Positions 56,182 to 64,000 of a DNA stretch of 64,000 nt are shown one piece after another. Source of the DNA: Chrysomallon squamiferum (Eukaryota; Animalia; Mollusca). The notes under the pieces are model-generated. The model was not told the DNA's origin, ran no database searches, and saw only the letters and a list, made by a program, of their open reading frames with translations. Where the stretch lies: positions 10,912,001 through 10,976,000 of the forward strand of contig CM022671.1 in NCBI GenBank assembly GCA_012295275.1, read 5' to 3'. Position 1 is the stretch's first letter. The number at the start of each line of letters is the position of its first letter. The translations under genes and the position numbers were made by a program.

Positions 56182-58300
56182 TTATTATTATTACTGTATT
56201 GTTTTCTTTTAATAGTGAGCTGTTTAAGATTGTTGAGATGTAATAAAATGATAATATTTATCTAAGGCAAAACAGTTATTTGCTCAGACTTAGGGAATAT
56301 ATTTATATACAGGTTAAATCTTTAATTTCAAATATCACTGTAACAATCGTTACAATATATTGCATAAAAACTTGTTTATAATTAATTTTGCCCTATTCTT
56401 CAGATGGTGAAAGTGACTACTCCAGGTTTGACTTCGGACAGCAAAGGTCAAGCACAGTTAATCACTGATTCTGTCCACATCAAAAACAACCTGTCTAAAG
56501 CTGCTGAGAAAATCTCCAAGTCTTCGGAATCGTCAAGTCTGAAGAACTCGGACACAGCAGACGGAGAATCGGAGAAACAGTCGGCTGTGAACAATGTGGA
56601 AGGTTCCACAAGAGAAAGCAAAAACGACATTGTCAAGAACTGCGAGCATACTTGTGAGAGTCAGGCAGTGAGAGACAGAAGTGTAAAGATCCAGATCTCT
56701 GTGAGTGAGCAGAAAGATGGCAGTATAACAATACCTCGCACAGTGTCGCTCACTGACGTGACAAAACCTCTGACAATAGAGACCAAGTTTGGAGGATCGT
56801 CAGGACCTAGCAGTGAAAGTACAGACACTGCTTCAGAGGTGGGCAGTGGTTTCAGTTCTCCTGGAAGTTTCCACACACCATCATCATGTCAGAGCAGTCC
56901 ACAGCTTTCAGCAGATGGAACAGCAACTACAACAACATCAGGTTCGTTCAGTGCTGAAGTTAACTTATCAGATCAGAAACTGTATGTAAAACAGAACTTT
57001 AGGTTTTTAATAACATGAGCTATGAACAAAAATTTCAGTTTTCTCAGAAGTCATTTGAAATTTGTCAGCACCATAGTTTTTTAGAATCATTAAGGATTTT
57101 TTTGACTTATAACAGTTAAAAACATTTTGCAACCAATTCTTTAAACACTTTTAAAATAATAACCAGTGACTTTTTTAATTATTGGAAAATTCACTTTTTA
57201 GAGGTTGTGTTAATGTTTATCTGTGCAAATTATGTTTTAGTTCTTCTTTTTTTTAATTGGACATATTATTGTTGCAGGTGAGGTAAAAACAGAGCCCACT
57301 GAAAACTCTACGTCTGCTAATACAGTTAACTCTAACAAAGACGGTTCAGAAGGTCGACCAAAACATAAACACAAAACTGGATCACAAGGATTTTCTCCAA
57401 AGGTAAATATTATATCTTCATATAATATAAGATAGTTTGTTTTCACATTGCCTGCACCTGTTTTATCTTTTTTCCTTAAGATGCACTTAATTTTTATTGC
57501 ATCTTATTCTTTTTTGAGGGTTTTGTTTAAAAGAGCATTTGCTAAAAATGGTTTGTAAGCCCGTTTGCAAATAAATTGTTCATATATATATGTGTATGTA
57601 TGTATGTATGTATGTGTGTGTGAGTGTGGCTGTGTGCACTTTATATATAATGTCAGTTACGTTAACTGTAATACATGTATGATTTTGATTTTGATCCTCT
57701 ACAAGTATTGCACTTTAAAAAATAAATAGTTGATTGACGGTTTCATACATATTTATCTTGTAGGATCTACTAGATTTGTTGAAAAATGTGGAAAATGAAA
57801 TTGAGATGTGTGAAGCAAATCTTAAAGAAGAAAATGAAAAGAGAAAGAAATTCAAGGTTAGTTTTTTTTTGTGTGTGTCATTCTGAATTTGGTCTATCCT
57901 ACTGGTAACATTGAAGAAAGTTATAAATTGTCTCTTATAACTCCCAAACTGTATCCATTTTGTTAGCCAATTCAAAAAAAAAGAAAAGAAAGAAAAAAGA
58001 GGTGAAATGAAAACCGAGTAAGGAAGATGAAAACAAAACACTACTGTGTATATATATTTTAGTTTGATTTCACAACAGATGGTTTTATTGTAACAGATTG
58101 ACGACTGCCGCAGAACTCACAACTACGACCAGTTCATCACGACGTTTCTCACGATGCTGGCAGAGCAGGGACACCTCGCCCGGCTGGTGGAGCAGAACGT
58201 CAACTTGAAGAAGCGACAAGGTGCTCCCATTGGACGCCTGCAGGCAAAGCCTCTCTCCAGAGACAACCGCAGCAAGGCACGCGCTAAACGCAGAAGATGA
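49040..58300 (+). CDS. BAP1: Ubiquitin C-terminal hydrolase BAP1/Calypso, ~579 aa
   Basis: Exons 49040-49076, 50033-50062, 50387-50441, 50805-50934, 51387-51506, 51867-51928, 52489-52631, 52900-52978, 53491-53614, 56404-56941, 57278-57402, 57764-57856, 58097-58300. Motifs: [66 protein letters not shown]-terminal [23 protein letters not shown] and a basic NLS. Confidence 0.95.
54373..54387 (+). CDS. Candidate 15-nt in-frame microexon of BAP1 (LLDSK)
   Basis: ttttctccatcttttcctttcaag|ctgctggattccaag|gtaaat; phase 0-0 inside the phase-0 intron 53615-56403. Confidence 0.6.
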
Positions 58301-60603
58301 GATTTTTGCTGTTGTTCTCTTGGACATGTTTAAACGTGTAAATGACAAATTACTTGATGCAGTTCTCGTGCAATCATTTTGTAAATAACAGCTTTGCAAA
58401 CGCTTAGCTTTCTTTTTTCTGCATATTTGGTGCTTCTGACAGTAATGGTGCTCACTTAGGAAGTTTTCACATTACAATGGTTGTAAATAAACAAAAATGT
58501 ACAGAATGAAATATAATTGTTATGAGGATATAACAATATAGAAATATGTAAAAAGAATATAGAGATTTTAATATTAATAACTGTATATTATTGTTAGAGT
58601 TTACAAGATGAAGATTTAAACATTAGTTTAGTGCAATAATTTTTTATTAATATAAAACTATTTACTACATCAAGGCTGTTAACCTGTTGTTGGGATATAA
58701 ACTTATTAGGATTTTTTAAAACTGATATTTAATGAATTATCCTTCTTTATTTTATTTTATTTTAAAAAAAATTATTACTGCTTTTAAGATTAGATTTGTT
58801 TTTACATTTTTTACAGTAAAAAATCAAAGTTTTTTTAATTTGTTCAAAGACACACTTTTAAACTTTGTGACAAATCTCTATTAATTATATTATGTGTATA
58901 TATTAACAGATGTAAAAATGAACTATAATAACAAATTAAATGTTGTAAACCTTGTGCCTATTGGATACACAATTCAGATAACATGAAATACTGAAATGTG
59001 TAAAATGAATTACCTGACACTTAATTAGCTTGTCAAAGTTACATAATAAATAGAATCAAATAAAAATTACTGTTATTATTTTGTGATTAAAATAATAATA
59101 ATAATAAAAAATATGACTGAGATATGTGTTTTGTGTCCTGTCTATATATTAATGTACTGGTCTGGTTAGAAGTATTGTCAGATGCTTGACTCATTTAGCA
59201 TCATTCACTTCCAATGAGTCATTGCTCTATTCTGTTCTCAGCTGTTCTAACAGAAGACATGGTATGTACTGACCAGACTGGGAAGGTGGAGATAAATGGT
59301 CGTACGTGTTTAATTGAAAGAAGGTAATTATATTTTATATCCAGAAGAGATGTACATTTTTTTAACTTATTATTATTTTTTTTTTTTTTTCGCATGTATT
59401 TGTAAGATTACATTAATAAGTTTTATTGACCTTTTACTAATTAAATATGTAACTAAATGTATAAAATTGTGTAACCCAAACATTTAGCAGATGTTTCAGA
59501 AAGTCCTCAATTCCGGTTGAATCACCGATTTAGCTGATGTAGAAACACTAATGTAGCTTTCTTGTACAAACAGACCCGCTGAATTACAGCAAATCCTCGA
59601 AAGCTTAACCTCATTGCTCTTGCACACGAACTGCTAATGAATAGTCCATTACCGTGTTTATTTTTGTCTCATATTTTGTTAAACTGTTTTACATGTTTCA
59701 GTGATTACTTTGTTTTTAAAACATGCCAAGGTAATTTTGATGAAGGCTGGTGATGTTCCTTTCGCTGGAAATATGTTGACACCAACGTTGACGATCGCCA
59801 ACTATGACAAAAACTAAGAAAATCTCATTACATGTAAGATTAACAGACTTTTAGTCGCTAGTTTACTGAAAGACTGCAGACGGTGGGTTTTGTATTATTA
59901 TTATTTTTTAATGTCGTTTTTAGCCTCAGGTTAAACTATGGCAAATGTATACGTGACATTTCGTAATATGATAAGCAGATTTTCTTTCTTTTAATTAAAC
60001 ATATGATTTTTTAGTATCCTTAGGCTGCCATTTAGTTATCTGAAAGTCCATCCATTCATCCCATACATGTAAATGCAAACATACATTTCTCTGTCTAAGC
60101 TCTCCTTTCAGATAAATATAAAATATTCTAAATCAAAGAAAATTGCTTTAAATATATGTGTCTGTGTATATGTGTGCATGAGAGTATATACAATACAACC
60201 CACAGACACACATATACATGCACACGGACACTCAAGAACATATATACACACACACATTACCTCTGCTTAAGGAAAAAGGAAATAACACAGTACGATAGAA
60301 AAAATAACGCACATTTTAAATAAATATCTCGGACATCTGTTAATAGTTTTAATTTGTTTCATTATGCAGTTACCATGGTATTACGCTGACTTTGTCTTCT
60401 GAAACAATGCTGTCAGCTGGAACTGCGCTGAGGAATAATTGATTATTTTATTATGAACCGACATTTTCCAGCTCTGCGATCTTTTCCCAGATGTATTATG
60501 TAATGATTCAAATAGAAGGACTTTAGACACGTTCTCAATATATTTTGTGAAAAGTTGTTGTTTTATGCCTCTGCACGCACACACGTCAAAACCCACACAC
60601 CAA

Positions 60604-60778
60604 CATACATACAATAATACACTCATAGATACGTACAAAAATATATACACAAACACATCTACATATACATACATATGTACAATAATACATTCATAGATAC
60701 GTACATACCAAAAATATATACACAAACACACCTACATATACATACATACATATGTACAATAATACATTCATAGATAAA
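60604..60778. repeat. ~70-75-bp tandem repeat, ~2.4 copies
   Basis: tacaataataca(c/t)tcatagata occurs three times, at ~60610, 60678 and 60755. Confidence 0.8.
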
Positions 60779-61484
60779 CACAGAGAAAAGTACACACACA
60801 CACATATATACATGGATATATACATAATACATACACATATAGTCATTACACACATATATGTTTACAGCACACTCTTAAGAATTAGCTTTAACTGATTTTA
60901 AATATATGCTTTAGTGTAACAGAAAAAAAATAATAAAATAATAAATAAAAAAAGTAATAATACTAAAAGAATAATGGTGATAACGTACATGAACATTTAC
61001 CTAGTGTTTTGGAATACAGAGCGACATAACCGTCAAATCATCTCGTTGACTTTAATTGGCACTCACTACGAATTTTAAAGCAGAGAGATGGAAATGGTAT
61101 TTAACTGCATGGAACAGATGATATCTATGGGAGCGGACGGAATCGTTTCCAGTACATCAGTTTCAGTTTGCTTGTGTTTAGTACGACTTCTATCGATTAT
61201 ATTAGTTAAATCTTACTGTCACTGCCATCTACTGCTGCTATTACTATTACTACTGCTAATACTGCTATTACTACTACTACGACTGCTACTGTATATTTTC
61301 TATATATTTATTTATTTGTTAAGGTAATGGCGTTCCCCTAAACACTGGATATCATAATAAAATAAAACAAATGACAAAATATCAAGTGCATGCACAGCTA
61401 TAACTCTGCGGTAACATGCAGCAAGCAGTATGTACTGTTTTCGACAGTTTAAGCTAACTAGCATATATTTTCTTTCTTTTTATC

Positions 61485-61540
<56 letters not shown>

Positions 61541-61782
61541 CATTATTTCACCCTTTTTCTTTTCTTATTATTATTTTAATTTCAAAAAACATTTCTCGAT
61601 GTAACATGCCATGCTTTCAAAATACATTATATTCTCTGACAGAGATCGTAACAATATTATTATTACAGAAAAATACAATTACGTTTATTCCTAGCCTTAG
61701 GGTGTAAACGCGTGCAATATCATTAAGTAAGTCAAGTTAACTACACACTAAGAACAGCATTTGACTCTCTATTAAGTTTAAT

Positions 61783-61824
<42 letters not shown>

Positions 61825-62469
61825 ATAATAATAATAATAATAATAATAGTAAATAAATAAATAAAATATTTTCGATTTTATTTGTTAAGTTAAAAGCTGT
61901 GACACTAATATTTAATTTTTCTTGTTTCTTTCATAGCCTCATCGTATTTTGAGCATTTTCATCTGAAATTTAAAACATGTCTTACTCATCAATGTGTTCA
62001 AAATCAAATTTAAAGCATTTTTCATTAATTTGGGAATAAAAATCCATCTGGAATATATTTTTATTTATTTTTACATTATTTATTCATTAGAACGTACGAG
62101 TACTTCAATCAGTGGATGTCTCTAGCAAAATTCCATTTAAAAACGTATCCGTTAAATAGGGAATAGGCTGAATGTTCCCTTTTCTCAAATTGTACAAGAC
62201 AGACAGACAGAAAAAGTTGAACGTACTAATCAGAGTTGTAAGAGGGTCCTTTAGTCATTCATATACATCTGTCTTTATCATAGCAGTAAATAAATAAATA
62301 AATAAATACCAAACTAATTACAGCAGAATTTAGACAGCCGTATGTTTGTGATGATACACAGACGTGTTATGTTGTACTCACTGACTGAAAGAACTTACAT
62401 TAAATAGGTTTTTCTACTCTTTCTACAATAACACGACGTGGGTTAAGACTTTAGTTACTGTAAAGAGTG

Positions 62470-62480
62470 ATATTATTATT

Positions 62481-62525
<45 letters not shown>

Positions 62526-62533
62526 ATTATTAT
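62470..62533. repeat. (TTA)/(TTG)n trinucleotide tract
   Basis: Direct inspection. Confidence 0.9.
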
Positions 62534-62932
62534 TTTTTTTTTTTAAACTAAGTATCATAATTAAACCGAGAAAAATTACTGACAAAGCGTTTGGATGCAT
62601 TGCTTCTGTCAGATGTCTTCTTGATGTAACAAATATAGAACGTAACACAGAACATATAACCACGCACTCAAAATTAAATATATATATTGCAGACGCTGAG
62701 GTGTAAAGACATTAATGACCAAGAAGTGCAGATTAACAAATGATTCCTACGAAGACAACACTGAGTAAAGAACGATTCAAGTAATCGATATATTACTGCT
62801 GCAATGACGCATAAATCGTCTCAGAAATCGAAACAGAAAAAAATATACTTTAGAAAGAGTATCTGGTCAGAAAGAAGACACAGCCAGAGAACCCGGAATG
62901 TGGAAACGTGGAACGAAGCGGATGAAATAACT

Positions 62933-62936
<4 letters not shown>

Positions 62937-62998
<62 letters not shown>

Positions 62999-63170
62999 TT
63001 TAATTATATATACGTGTGTGTCTGTGTTTACACACACACACACACACACACACAGAGAGATATTTATTTTTTATATATGTGTGTGTCTGTGTTTACACAC
63101 ACACACACACACACACACAGAGAGATATTTAATTTTATATATATGTGTCTGTGAGAGAGAGAGAGACAGC
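62937..63170. repeat. (GA)n plus a duplicated ~65-bp unit containing (TA)/(TG)/(CA) tracts
   Basis: The unit gagagatattt...tatata..gtgtgtgtctgtgtttacacaca...cag repeats ~2.5 times. Confidence 0.85.
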
Positions 63171-64000
63171 TAAATGATGACATACACAAACACACACATA
63201 CACACATACAAACATACAGACACAAAAACCTGTATAGCGCGTATAAAAACAGAAATACATAAAACACAGAAGCACACAGGCATATAGAAGTGACAAGCCA
63301 GTTTCAGTCATCCATCGTGGATTGTCAGCTAAACCAGCTGAGACGGGGGAAAAATGAAAAAAATGAAAAAAAGAAAAAGAAAAGGAATTAAAATGAATAA
63401 ATAGACGGCAACTATTCCTAGTATACTCACTAAATAATATTTTATGAAATTAGCTTTGCTGAAGTATTGTCCCTGTACTGTTTTCAGGACTTGTTACCAC
63501 TTTCAAAAAGTAATAATAATAATAATAAAAAAAACAGTTTATATATCCTACCCATTCCTGTCCACTTAAACCTCTAAATCACAATTTTCAAAGAGTTAAG
63601 CAAAATAAGCGTGAAACCGATTCATAATAAAATTTGAAGAAATGAGTTAAATAAAGCTTTACTAAATAAAATGTTAAATATTTTCCCGTATGATAGCAGT
63701 TCAGATTTTCTAGAGATTTTAGATATGATTTAAAAGAAGAAGAAAAACAACAAACAAAAAAACTGTATTATGATGAACTGAGGTGTTTCACTCAAGGCGC
63801 TAATTTCACTAGAACATGGCTGCCAGCATTTCCGTATAGCATGAAGACTGGATAGCTCATATTGTCTTCTTTTGAAATAATAACATTAGTAATGTAATAA
63901 GCAGTATATAATGACGTCCATAACACTATTTTTTTTTCTTGATATGCATTTTCAGTTGTATTTTTAAAAAAACAGGAACAACAACAACAAAATAATAATA

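Noticed and set aside
56032-56265. Poly-Ile/Leu/Asn ORFs (also 28430-28726, 61088-61327, 62451-62706)
   Set aside because: Translations of ATT/TTG/CTA microsatellites.
56942-57018. Extension of the BAP1 exon to the donor at ~56981 (aaact|gtatgt) or to the ORF stop
   Set aside because: Phase 2 does not match the phase-1 acceptor at 57278; the donor at 56941/56942 keeps the frame.
60381-61327. Possible coding exons of a further gene
   Set aside because: No consistent open spliced frame or recognisable motif found.

Overview
AT-rich, intron-rich animal genomic DNA. It is probably a gastropod mollusc, which I infer only from SINE-like remnants and gene style. Four spliced genes can be rebuilt by hand with consistent GT-AG boundaries and reading frame: (1) Srrm2/3/4 (Srrm234), minus strand, 4354-23456, with an N-terminal cwf21 domain, K/RS-rich exons and a C-terminal eMIC ('enhancer of microexons') domain split over two exons; (2) a DGCR2/IDD-like type I membrane protein, plus strand, 28342-37954; (3) a non-classical calpain lacking EF-hands, minus strand, 41747-48024; (4) the BAP1/Calypso deubiquitinase, plus strand, 49040-58300. 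The window also holds a decayed DDE-transposase-like relic (~405-2000), a candidate 94-aa two-exon orphan gene (26046-26664, minus), SINE remnants and many simple repeats. The most striking signal is the splicing architecture of Srrm234. All its coding introns are phase 2. A stop-containing alternative exon interrupts the eMIC. One intron holds a cluster of candidate in-frame and poison microexons, some preceded by UGC, and there is a possible internal first exon that would remove cwf21. Together these suggest an autoregulatory microexon circuit, which is inferred and needs RNA evidence.
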